A stretch of 64,000 bases of DNA, taken from NCBI GenBank assembly GCA_965541585.1, contig CBEUCH010000014.1:12670-76669 (forward strand). The letters run 5' to 3'. This DNA comes from an uncultured bacterium. GTDB taxonomy: Bacteria > Zixibacteria > MSB-5A5 > UBA10806. Below, piece after piece: positions 40,502 through 50,400 of the stretch (positions are counted from its first letter, which is position 1; every line of letters begins with the position of its first letter). The notes under the pieces were generated by a model. The model was not told the DNA's origin and searched no databases. It was given only the letters and a program-made list of their open reading frames with translations. The position numbers and the translations under genes were made by a program.

Positions 40502-40857
40502 GGGGGCGACAGGTTTCGACGGGATGACTGATGTCTGACCTGCGCGTCGAGGTCCCGGTAACCTCGTAAAACAATCGGGAAACCTTACAAGTGCCGACGA
40601 TTATTCGTACGCACTGGCTGCCTAAGACACTGGCGGCTCGTTCTACCTGGATTTGCTTATCGGTCCGGGATAGAGCGTCGATTAGATAAGATAGCGGCAT
40701 AAACCGTCCCCGATTATGTCGCGAAACAAAAGGGGGCTGGACGGGAGGAAAGCCCGGCGATCGGCGTTTCTCCTGTTGAGATTAAATATTCGCCTACGCG
40801 CGTAGACGGTTATTCGGAGGCATTTTCGGACGGGGGTTCGATTCCCCCCGCCTCCAT
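40502..40857 (+). ncRNA. ssrA: transfer-messenger RNA (tmRNA), one-piece
   Basis: 5' end gggggcgacaggtttcgacggg. Internal tag reading frame gcc gac gat tat tcg tac gca ctg gct gcc taa = ADDYSYALAA* at 40592..40624. 3' T-arm/acceptor ggacgggggttcgattccccccgcctcca. Confidence 0.85.
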
Positions 40858-40874
40858 TAATTTGTCTTGACAAT

Positions 40875-41135
40875 ATGATTTATCTTTATGTATTACAGGG
40901 CGAAAAGGGTAAGCGCTATGTTGGTATTACCAACAACTTAGAACGCCGTTTATCTGAACATCGTAGCGGAAAAACTAAGGGCGGACAAATCATAGGTAAG
41001 TTTAAACTACTGCACATTGAGAAATTTGAAGATTATAAAGAAGCTCGGAAACGCGAGGTATTCCTTAAATCAGGAGTTGGCCGTGAGTGGTTAAATCAAG
41101 AATTTCCTCGGACGGGGTCCGCCGAAGGCGGATAA
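40875..41135 (+). CDS. small GIY-YIG nuclease-family protein
   Basis: N-terminus MIYLYVLQGEKGKRYVGITNNLERRLSEH matches the GIY-YIG core. The last ~9 codons are read out of the tmRNA-3'-end repeat, so the native C-terminus is uncertain. Confidence 0.65.
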   Translation: MIYLYVLQGEKGKRYVGITNNLERRLSEHRSGKTKGGQIIGKFKLLHIEKFEDYKEARKREVFLKSGVGREWLNQEFPRTGSAEGG

Positions 41136-41179
41136 AGCTTGGTCGCCTCCGGCGACTTCGATTCCCCCCGCCTCCACCA
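41108..41179 (+). repeat. direct repeat B: copy of the ssrA 3' terminus (with encoded CCA) carrying a 39-nt insertion
   Basis: cggacgggg[tccgccgaaggcggataaagcttggtcgcctccggcgac]ttcgattccccccgcctccacca. Matches 40830..40857 apart from the bracketed insertion. Confidence 0.8.
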
Positions 41180-41518
41180 ATTGCAAGTGCCTATGTTACA
41201 ACAGGATATAGAAACAACTGGCAGAGCATTATTGCCGTGATCCCCCACCTATCATCCAATAACTTTTATGACTAAGAATAACCTAAGACCGTTTTGGGCA
41301 CGATTTGGCCGCACTCTATTTTGCCGATTATGAAACCTAATTAATACTATATTGGAAATAAAGATGCATTTTACGATTTCTTGTTGTATATATAAAAAGT
41401 AATTAGATATTAGAAATATGAAAAGTAAAAGACTTTACCACAGAATTGATGAGGTCTGGCAGGTGCGAGCGATGACGAGGAAGCAACTCGAGGAGAAGAA
41501 ATAGGGATACTTTAACTC

Positions 41519-42529
41519 ATGACTCCCAATGATAAGGCATCGCTCAGCGAAGAGGCTATAGAAAGGCAATATCCTGATATCTATAATTCTCTTATGCCGC
41601 TCCTTCGTAGGTCCCAGCCGGGTTCACTAGACGCGTACTTGGAAACGGTTGCCTGCGACGTGAATATTGAGCAAACTCAAACTAATGCTCATTGTAGATT
41701 CATTGCTTTGGATGGAAACAAGAGAGCACGGGTTAAGGATTTTGTACGATTCATTGGAAAAAAAATTACAGATTTTGCGATTCCGCGTGGTGAGATAAAC
41801 CGTGCTTTGAACGAAGGAGCAAAAACAAGTTCAACAGCCCCAGTAGATAAACTTAGTAAAAAAGCAAGGAACCTTTTTACTCGTTTGCCTAAAAGTGGTG
41901 AAGGAGGAGAGGTTCTGCTTTCAATCTTAGCCGAAACCATCCTTCGCCTGCCTCAGCTGTTTACAAAAATGGTTTTAAAAACCAATGCCAATATGCATGT
42001 TCACGGAAGTGATGCCATTCACTTCGGGATTAACCAATCGAATGGTAGTCTTGCACTGTATTGGGGAGAGTCAAAACTTTATGCAGATGCGGGCGCGGCT
42101 ATTAGAGAATGTTTTACTAGTCTTGCACCATTCCTGTTGGGCGCAGGTGGCAGCGGGGCGGCGCAGGAACGCGACCTGCAACTCATGCGTGATGGGATCG
42201 ATCTAGATGACATCAAACTTGAAAATGCGCTGAAACAATACCTCGATCCGGACAGCACCATGTTTAAACAGTTTGAATACCGGGGTCTATGCCTTGTTGG
42301 ATTTAACTCGGAGGCTTATCCAACATCACCAAACTCACCGGAGGCAAATCAATTAAAACAAAAGATCGAAACGACCTTTGACAATTGCAAAAACCAAATC
42401 CAGAATCGTGTATTAGCAGAGAGAATAGAAACTTTCACGATTGAATTATTCTGTGTTCCCTTCCCAAAGGTTGACGATTTCCGAAGTGCCTTCCGTGAAG
42501 AATTGGGGTTGCCGGATGGGCAAAGCTGA
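41519..42529 (+). CDS. candidate HamA-like protein (possible PD-(D/E)xK nuclease)
   Basis: 336 aa. Segment HVHGSDAIHFGINQSNGSLALYWGESKLY gives a D...E-x-K arrangement. Stop overlaps the downstream start (ATGGGCAAAGCTGA). Low GC. Confidence 0.45.
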   Translation: MTPNDKASLSEEAIERQYPDIYNSLMPLLRRSQPGSLDAYLETVACDVNIEQTQTNAHCRFIALDGNKRARVKDFVRFIGKKITDFAIPRGEINRALNEGAKTSSTAPVDKLSKKARNLFTRLPKSGEGGEVLLSILAETILRLPQLFTKMVLKTNANMHVHGSDAIHFGINQSNGSLALYWGESKLYADAGAAIRECFTSLAPFLLGAGGSGAAQERDLQLMRDGIDLDDIKLENALKQYLDPDSTMFKQFEYRGLCLVGFNSEAYPTSPNSPEANQLKQKIETTFDNCKNQIQNRVLAERIETFTIELFCVPFPKVDDFRSAFREELGLPDGQS

Positions 42530-45119
42530 TTTCCAAGACTGGCTTCTTCAAAATTCGGGTTTTCAAAATCAATATCATCTTTTGATCATCGACTCTGTTG
42601 CTAGCCAATTTCCCAACCTGAAACGAAATGATCATTATGACCAGACAAAGCATGACTGGAATTATTTGTTGTTATGTGCCAGTTTACTTGCGCAGTCGGA
42701 AACTGAGAAGTGTCAAAGTGCTGCCCTTCGAATCTCTCAGTATTGCTTGGAATGTGCAAGTACGTCAGAGGTAGAAAAAGATGCAGCAGCAGTTGTCTTA
42801 GATACTCTGGCGAACCGCCCAGCGATTAAATTAGCAGAAGAGCGAGAGCTTATCCAGCCGGGCTATTCGGATAGAATACCGTTCCCTCTTTTCCAGGAAT
42901 GGACCCGCCATTCTATTGAGAATTCAATCACGTTATCTAATGCCGAAACCATACGGGCGAACAAGTTTCAATGCAGGTTTTGGGAAAGCGTCAAACGCTA
43001 TGATCGGATCAGCATTTCAGCTCCTACATCTGCCGGCAAATCATTCATAATTGGACGTTGGTTGGCTGAATACCTGCGAAAGAATCAAAGGGCATCAATT
43101 ATTTATATTGTGCCAACACGCGCACTTATACAGCAAGTCCAGCGAGATATAAGGGACGTACTCAAATGTGAAGTTATCGAAAACGTAGAGGTTACCACTC
43201 TACCACTGAGAGCATCTTTTAAGGCTGACAGGGCAAACATATTTGTTTTCACCCAAGAACGGTTTCATATCCTCCTTGCAGCGTTCAACAATAATGTGCC
43301 AGTAGATCTGTTGATAATTGATGAAGCTCAGAAGATAGGAGATAATTATCGGGGCGTATTATTGCAACAGGCCATTGAAGCCATCTCTCAAAGAAGACCA
43401 GCAGCTAATTTCCTCTTTTCCAGCCCAATGACGGATAATCCAAAAGTGTTGCTTGAAGATGCCCCTGATGGAGTTTCTCAAGACGCCATCGTAAGTGAAG
43501 ATACTACAGTCAACCAGAATCTTATTTGGGCGTCGCAGGTCCCAAGGAAACCTTGTACTTGGAGTGTTGATTTGATTCTACAAGAAGACGCTGTCGAAAT
43601 AGGTAAAATAGAACTTTCGACAAGTCCGACACATACAAGTAAACGTTTGCCGTTCGTTGCGTTCTCTTTAGGCAACTCAAAAGGGGGAAACATTATTTAC
43701 GTCAACGGCGCTGCCGATGCGGAGAAGACCGCCAAGCAACTCTATGATTTGATCGGAAATGATTCGAACACACCGGGAGATACGGAATTATGCGATCTCA
43801 TCGAACTAATTCGCAAGACTATTCATCGACACTATTCACTTGGAAACGTCATCAGTCGAGGGGTTGCTTTTCACTATGGTAATATGCCGCTCCTTGTCCG
43901 GACAGAAATTGAAAGATTGTTCCGTGCCAACAAGATTAAATACCTGGTATGTACATCAACACTGATTGAAGGCATGAATATGCCGTGCCAAAGCATATTC
44001 GTCCGAGGGCCAACGAAAGGGAAAGGAAATCCTATGACATCAAGTGATTTCTGGAATCTTGCCGGACGCGCCGGACGATGGGGCAAAGAATTTCAGGGTA
44101 ATATTGTTTGTGTCGATCCTCGGAAAGACAATGTATGGAAGAATGGTGCCCCAAAGGGGCGAACGAGGTTCAGGATAAATAGAACAGCGGATGACGTCCT
44201 TTTAAATCAGGAGGAGAAGCTACTCAAATTTATTGATACTGGCACACCACGAAATGAAGCACGTAAGGACCCAAATTTGGAGTATGTATTTTCCTTCCTT
44301 GTCTCATCATACATACGCAACAACGGTATTGTAACTGCACCCTGGGCAAAACGTTATCCTGAAGAGTTTGTTAATAAGCTGGAAGCAAAAATCAAAAGTA
44401 TAATTGAGAGTATTGCTATACCAGAAGAAGTCATCCTGCGGAATCCGGGCATTAGCCCAATCGCAATGAATGATCTTCTTGGATATTTCCATGAGCGGAC
44501 AGCTAATCGTAATGAACCTGTTGAAACGCTGATTCCCGTTCGGGCAGAGAGTGATGATGCATTCGATGAATATGCAAAGATTCTTAACCGAATCAACAAG
44601 TGTCTAGGATACGAGTTTGGCAGTGGAAAACGAGTGCGGCAACTTGCTTTATTGATCGTTGACTGGATGAAAGGCTATCCATTGGCACGGATTATATCTA
44701 GCCGTGAAAGCTATTATGGCTCCAGCGATTTGCCAGCATTGATAAGGAATACCATGAATGATGTGGAAGAATATGCACGTTTTCATGCGCCAAAGTATCT
44801 TGCATGCTATGTGGATATTCTAAAGGTGCATTTAGCCAAAAATGAGCGCCATGATCTTATTGAAAGCTTGCTGGAGCTTAATGTTCTCCTTGAGTTTGGC
44901 GTTTCACATAAGACTCAGCTTTCACTTATGGGATTAGGGCTGAGTCGGACGAGCGTTATTACAATATCAGAGTTCATCGCTGAAGACTCACTAAATGAAT
45001 CTGAATGTTTGCAGTGGTTAAAAGAAAATGATTGGATGACACAAGATATGCCTGAAATCATCAAACGAGAAGTAGGAAATCTACTAACGAGCCGCCAAGA
45101 GGTAGGCACAGAGGAATAG
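42441..45119 (+). CDS. SF2 helicase (DEAQ-box). Candidate HamB-like partner. Probable true start at 42516 (MGKADF)
   Basis: Walker A ISAPTSAGKSF, motif II LLIIDEAQKIGD, further helicase-like blocks (VPTRALIQQV, FHYGNMPLLVRTEIE, CTSTLIEGMNMP), and a long C-terminal domain. Confidence 0.6.
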   Translation: MNYSVFPSQRLTISEVPSVKNWGCRMGKADFQDWLLQNSGFQNQYHLLIIDSVASQFPNLKRNDHYDQTKHDWNYLLLCASLLAQSETEKCQSAALRISQYCLECASTSEVEKDAAAVVLDTLANRPAIKLAEERELIQPGYSDRIPFPLFQEWTRHSIENSITLSNAETIRANKFQCRFWESVKRYDRISISAPTSAGKSFIIGRWLAEYLRKNQRASIIYIVPTRALIQQVQRDIRDVLKCEVIENVEVTTLPLRASFKADRANIFVFTQERFHILLAAFNNNVPVDLLIIDEAQKIGDNYRGVLLQQAIEAISQRRPAANFLFSSPMTDNPKVLLEDAPDGVSQDAIVSEDTTVNQNLIWASQVPRKPCTWSVDLILQEDAVEIGKIELSTSPTHTSKRLPFVAFSLGNSKGGNIIYVNGAADAEKTAKQLYDLIGNDSNTPGDTELCDLIELIRKTIHRHYSLGNVISRGVAFHYGNMPLLVRTEIERLFRANKIKYLVCTSTLIEGMNMPCQSIFVRGPTKGKGNPMTSSDFWNLAGRAGRWGKEFQGNIVCVDPRKDNVWKNGAPKGRTRFRINRTADDVLLNQEEKLLKFIDTGTPRNEARKDPNLEYVFSFLVSSYIRNNGIVTAPWAKRYPEEFVNKLEAKIKSIIESIAIPEEVILRNPGISPIAMNDLLGYFHERTANRNEPVETLIPVRAESDDAFDEYAKILNRINKCLGYEFGSGKRVRQLALLIVDWMKGYPLARIISSRESYYGSSDLPALIRNTMNDVEEYARFHAPKYLACYVDILKVHLAKNERHDLIESLLELNVLLEFGVSHKTQLSLMGLGLSRTSVITISEFIAEDSLNESECLQWLKENDWMTQDMPEIIKREVGNLLTSRQEVGTEE

Positions 45120-45161
45120 TTGAAAGGCAAAGTGTAAGAGCTCGGTGTGCTTTGGTTATTT

Positions 45162-45258
45162 GCGCGTAGACTGTTATTCGGAGGCATTTTCGGACGGGGT
45201 CCGCCGAAGGCGGATAAAGCTTGGTCGCCTCCGGCGACTTCGATTCCCCCCGCCTCCA
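45162..45258 (+). repeat. direct repeat C: longer copy of the ssrA 3' region with the same 39-nt insertion
   Basis: cgcgtagactgttattcggaggcattttcggacgggg[39-nt insertion identical to repeat B]ttcgattccccccgcctcca. The 5' 37 nt match 40801..40837. Confidence 0.8.
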
Positions 45259-45510
45259 GTAAAGTATCTTATTGCATAGTAACGGGCTATACCCGGACGG
45301 GGGATCCGTACCCCGAATTTTGAGGTTTTTTCCCCCTTTAATCCTCAATAACTTAAAATAACTTGAAACCTAAATAGTCACAATTTCGTAAAAAAATAAG
45401 GTCGGGCCGAAGAAAGAGATTTGCTATTCCTACAGAAATTGGCCCTGTCAAATAGTACTTAGCAAATCAGAGGTGACAACCTGAAGAATGAAAGAAAGGC
45501 GGAAAAAGCA

Positions 45511-45882
45511 ATGAAATTAATGACAAAGTCGATTTTGACTTTAACAGCAATGGCTCTCATCTTTACAATCTTCTCATGCGCTTCTGCCAAGTTCATCTCT
45601 ACCGGATCATCATATTCTCCCCGAGCTGATGACTGTCCAATCGAGGTTTTTAGCTCGAAGCTGCCCGACCAAGAGTATGAGGAACTAGGCGTCATCGAGG
45701 GCGAGGGATCCTTAGGTTTCGATACCTTGGAGAAGGTTCTGCCCAAAATGAAGCGAGAGGCATGTAAGGCGGGAGGGGACGCCATCATCCTCATGTCCAG
45801 TCAGAAGTCCGTAGACATCTACAAGGACGGCAGCGATGATCAACTCAACGTCATGGCTACTGTAGTTCGGTGGAAGGAATAG
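45511..45882 (+). CDS. small lipoprotein
   Basis: Leader ..LIFTIFSCASA with lipobox-like FSC. 123 aa. Confidence 0.5.
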   Translation: MKLMTKSILTLTAMALIFTIFSCASAKFISTGSSYSPRADDCPIEVFSSKLPDQEYEELGVIEGEGSLGFDTLEKVLPKMKREACKAGGDAIILMSSQKSVDIYKDGSDDQLNVMATVVRWKE

Positions 45883-46073
45883 ATGCGGTCAGGTTCTGGC
45901 GGGGTTGGCTGCATCTTTCTAATTTTCCTATATCCCCTCATAACTTAGAATAACAGAAAACCTATATTGTCCCAATTTGAAGAAACCGGATTTAGCTTGT
46001 AATTATCAAAACCGTCTCTTAAGATTTTAACGGTTCTGTTAAAAAGGTTCTGACGACGTACAAGGAAATTCAA

Positions 46074-47063
46074 ATGAAAGCGATTGTATACACAAAATAC
46101 GGACCACCTGATGTTCTTCAGCTCAAGGAGGTAGAAAAACCTACTCCTAAGGACGATGAAGTCTTGATAAAGGTTCATGCGGCGTCCGCAAATGCATATG
46201 ACTGGCATATGCTGAGAGCTGACCCGTTCTTGGTCCGCCTAATGGGCGGGGGGCTACTAAAACCAAAACACAAGATACTCGGAGTTGACGTAGCAGGGCG
46301 GGTTGAAGCGGTTGGCAGAAACGTAAAGCATTTTCAGCCAGGTGATGAGGTATTCGGAGACGTATCCGGGTGTGGTTGCGGCGGTTTTGCCGAGTATGTA
46401 TGTGCTCGCGAAAATGCATTGGCGTTGAAACCGGCCAGTATGTCATTCGACGGAGCAGCGGTGGTGCCTTTGGCGGCAATCACCGCCCTGCAGGGTCTTC
46501 GCGATAAAGGACAGATTCAGCCAGGGCAGAAAGTTTTGATTAATGGTGCGTCTGGTGGCGTGGGTACGTTTGCGGTGCAGATTGCCAAATCGTTCGGGGC
46601 TGAAGTCACTGCCGTATGCAGCATGAGGAATTTGGACATGGCACGCTCGATTGGTGCAGACCAGGTCATTGATTACACTCAAGAAGATTTCACCAAAAGC
46701 AGGCAGCGTTATGACCTGATTCTTGCTGCTAACGGATATCATCCGATTTTAGATTACAAGCGTGCATTAAGTCCCAGGGGGATTTATGTCATGGCCGGAG
46801 GTTCCATGGCTCAATTCTACCAGGCTATGCTCCTGGGACCATGGATTTCAATGACAGGGAGTAAGAAAATGGGTTTCTTTGTGATGAAACCAAACAAAAA
46901 GGATTTGGTTTTTATGACAGAGCTTCTTGAAGCTGGCAAAGTAAAACCTGTTATAGATAGACGTTACAAGTTAAGTGAGGTTCCTGAAGCTATCCGGTAT
47001 CTTGAAGAAGGACACGCCCGAGGAAAAGTAGTCATAAATTTGGAACATAATAATAAAACCTGA
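46074..47063 (+). CDS. zinc-type alcohol dehydrogenase / quinone oxidoreductase (MDR family)
   Basis: MKAIVYTKYGPPDVLQLKEVEKPTP N-terminus and NAD(P) motif LINGASGGVGTFAVQIAK. Confidence 0.85.
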   Translation: MKAIVYTKYGPPDVLQLKEVEKPTPKDDEVLIKVHAASANAYDWHMLRADPFLVRLMGGGLLKPKHKILGVDVAGRVEAVGRNVKHFQPGDEVFGDVSGCGCGGFAEYVCARENALALKPASMSFDGAAVVPLAAITALQGLRDKGQIQPGQKVLINGASGGVGTFAVQIAKSFGAEVTAVCSMRNLDMARSIGADQVIDYTQEDFTKSRQRYDLILAANGYHPILDYKRALSPRGIYVMAGGSMAQFYQAMLLGPWISMTGSKKMGFFVMKPNKKDLVFMTELLEAGKVKPVIDRRYKLSEVPEAIRYLEEGHARGKVVINLEHNNKT

Positions 47064-47162
47064 CAAAGCGTTGCAGTGGACGGCGGAGAGCTGTGGTTTT
47101 TAATAATGTTTTTTAAAACCGTCACAATTTGGTCACACCACCTGTTAGCTTGTTGCTAGACA

Positions 47163-47200
47163 ATAGGGATAATGGGGTTCGATTCCCCACGTTCCCATAT
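47163..47200 (+). repeat. orphan tRNA 3'-half fragment (T-arm plus acceptor), possible att-site remnant
   Basis: ..atggggttcgattccccacgttccca has no matching 5' half upstream. Differs from both tRNA-Lys genes. Confidence 0.45.
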
Positions 47201-47433
47201 GATGCAATTGTTTATTTATAGGCGGATTCCAGTTAAGCATGGCCTCAACAATAATCGGTAGTTACGAACCAGGAATTGCAGCAAATCCCTACGCATCATA
47301 GGCCACAAACAACATTCTTGACAAAATTATCAATATTTATTATTTTTACCAAAACAGGCGTCACAGTATTGTGCCTGCCTTGTCTTCGAAGTCGATTAAT
47401 GCAACTGCTCAAAACCCCAAACAAGGAGAGATC

Positions 47434-50400
47434 ATGTTTTCTAGTGGAAAGTCTGTGTCCGGCTTAATTGGGGCACTGCTGTTTTCAGCAACCATGTCGA
47501 CGATAGGCGCTCAAGCCGAAAACGATGTCGCAGGCGACGTAAAATCATCTGGTTTGATTACTTCGGTACCACGGACTATGTCTTATCAGGGGTATCTAAA
47601 AGACGCGGGGGGGCTACCCGTATCAGACACTCTCGAAATCACTTTCCGTATCTATGATGTCGAATCAGGGGGAAGCGCCCTATGGACGGAAACGGTTGCC
47701 GCCGTATCAATCATTGACGGTAACTTCACCGCCATCGTCGGAGAAACCACTCCGATAAACTTGAGCTTCGATGTCGACTACTGGATGTCGTTGCAGGTGG
47801 AGGGCGATCCCCTGGAGATGGACCCGAGACTGAAACTTCATATGTCGGCTTACGCGGCACGAAGCGACACGACCGATTATGCCCTCAACTCCGATTTGCT
47901 GGATGGTCTCGACTCGGGCGATTTTGCCGGTTCCGCTCATGACCATGACGCGGATTATGTCAACGAGGGGCAGGCAAATTCCGTTACAGGCGCTATGGTA
48001 GTTGATGGCACGGTACAGTTTGGCGACATTGGCCAGAACGGCGCCTCCGCAGGCCAGATTATGAAATGGAATGGTTCGGCCTGGATTGCGGATAATGATG
48101 AGACTGGACCAGGGGGTGGCAGTGGCTGGGTCGATGATGGTAATTATATCAGGTTAGAGACGGGCACTGATTCTGTCGGAATAGGCACGGCCACGCCATC
48201 GGAAAAGCTGGAGGTTGCAGGGAGTATTCTGGTAACCGATAAAGCCACCATCGGTCCAAGCAACTCAAATACCGGTGCGAACGCGTTTGTGGCAGGTTTA
48301 GCCAATACGGTAAGCGGAGATTGGACTACAATCGGCGGTGGTCGGATAAACACGGCAAGCGGCCATGATGCGGTGATCGGAGGCGGTCGAGGCAACACTG
48401 CCAGCAGCTCATATTATGCCACGGTCGGCGGCGGCAACGAAAACACCGCCGGCGCTGGTGGCGCTACTATAAGTGGCGGAAGATTTAATCTGTGCAACGC
48501 GGATTACGCAACTGTCGGCGGAGGTTATGCCGATACTGCCAGCGGGGCCTCTTCCACAATCGGCGGAGGTTGGAGTAATATCGCTAGTGGAGTAGAAGCT
48601 ACAGTCAGCGGAGGTCAGATGAATATCGCCGCCGGCCAACAGGCATCGATCGGCGGTGGAAGTCAAAACTCCGCAAGCGGTTTCAGAGCTACGGTCGGTG
48701 GAGGTGTGGGAAATTTTGCTACCGGAGACAATGCAACGATCGCTGGCGGCTTCGGTAACCACGCAACCGCGAATGGTGCGACAGTAGGGGGCGGCAGTAC
48801 GAACACCGCCAGCGGTACCGCCGCCACTGTTCCGGGCGGGAATATGAATGAAGCTGCCGGTATTTACTCTTTTGCCGCCGGCCGTCGAGCTAAAGCTAAT
48901 CACATTGGAGCATTTGTGTGGGCAGATCAGACCAACTCGGATTTTGCCTCCACCGGTGTCGATCAATTCCTCATTCGTGCGTCAGGGGGTGTTGGAATCG
49001 GTACGACGAGTCCAGCATCGGAATTGGATGTTGCCGGCACCATCCAGGCTACCGGATTTATGATGACCACCGGTGCCTCCGACGGATATATTCTCACCTC
49101 CGATGCCTCGGGATCAGGATCTTGGCAATCTCCGGCCCCCAGCGGCGGCTGGATAGATGATGGAAATGCTGTCAGGCTGGAGACAGTTAACGATTCGGTT
49201 GGTATTGGAACTGCTACGCCGTCGGAAAAATTGGATGTTTCAGGTAATATCCTGGTGAGCGGAACGGCGACTATCGGAACGGGACATACCAACACAGGCA
49301 CGAGCGCTTTCTTAGCGGGGGAGAACAATACGGCCAGTGGAAATTACACCGCTGTTGGTGGAGGTCTGAATAACACCTCAAGTGCGAATTACGCGACAGT
49401 CAGCGGCGGCTGGAATAACAACGCCGGAGAGATAAACGCAACAGTCGGTGGCGGTTGGGACAATGCTGCCAATGGGCAATACTCAGTTGTCGCCGGAGGA
49501 AGGGAGAACACCGCCGGTATAGATTTCGCCTCGGTTGGTGGCGGAGCTTATAACTTCGCGGGCATCAGCAGCTACGCTACTGTCGCCGGGGGGTATGCCG
49601 ACACCGCCAGCGGAGGCTACGCCACAGTTAGCGGCGGTCAAAGTAACATCGCCAGCGAGCAAAATGCGGCCGTGGGTGGCGGTAGTAACAATTCTGCCAG
49701 CGGTACGTATGCGACCGTTGCCGGCGGTCGAGACAATATCAGTTCAGGGCAAAATGCGACGATTGGCGGCGGTACTACTAACACGGCCAACGGCGGTAGT
49801 GCTACAGTTGCCGGTGGTGGAAATAATATTTCCAGCGGTTCGTCCAGCACAATCGGTGGAGGAGACAGTAATACCTCCGGTGCCAGTTCCAGTACTGTAG
49901 GCGGCGGAAAGAGAAACAATGCCAGCGGATATGTCAGCACAATCGGTGGTGGTCAGGATAACATAGCCAGTAACCAATATGCTACTGTGCCGGGTGGATA
50001 TTTAAATGAGGCGACAGGTATTTATTCCTTCGCGGCCGGGCGTCGGGCTAAAGCCAATCATGATGGGGCTTTCGTATGGGGCGACCGGACCAACGCGGAT
50101 ATAACTTCCTCCGCTGCAGATGAATTCAAAATACGCGCCTCCGGCGGAACCTATCTATACTCTAACTCCAGTCTCACCGCAGGTGTAACGCTGGCGGCCG
50201 GAGCTTCATCCTGGAGTTCCGTTTCCGACAGCACGCTAAAGCGTAATATCAGACAGGTAAACGGTGAAGAAATTCTCGAAAAACTGGCACAGTTACCCAT
50301 CAGCCAGTGGAGCTATAAAGCTCAGGATGAAAGCATTGAACATATCGGCCCGATGGCACAGGATTTCTATGAGATCTTCGGGCTCGGCGCCGACAACAAA

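Noticed and set aside
40341-40700. 119 aa minus-strand ORF
   Set aside because: It lies entirely inside the tmRNA gene (40502..40857), which has a canonical 5' end, tag ORF and T-arm. Spurious ORF.
41087-41275. 62 aa plus-strand ORF
   Set aside because: It is read out of ssrA 3'-end repeat B, so it is non-coding repeat sequence.
45061-45348. 95 aa minus-strand ORF overlapping repeat C and the end of the helicase gene
   Set aside because: It is antisense to the helicase 3' end and to the tmRNA-derived repeat, with no coding signal.
47707-49977. Several alternative-frame and antisense ORFs (for example 48409..48966 -, 49535..49900 +, 49638..49940 -) inside the fibre-like gene; the strong periodicity could also resemble a repeat array
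   Set aside because: They are artefacts of the GC-rich Gly/Ala repeat-coding sequence. The periodic units are imperfect and in-frame protein repeats, not CRISPR-like (no constant repeats with unique spacers).
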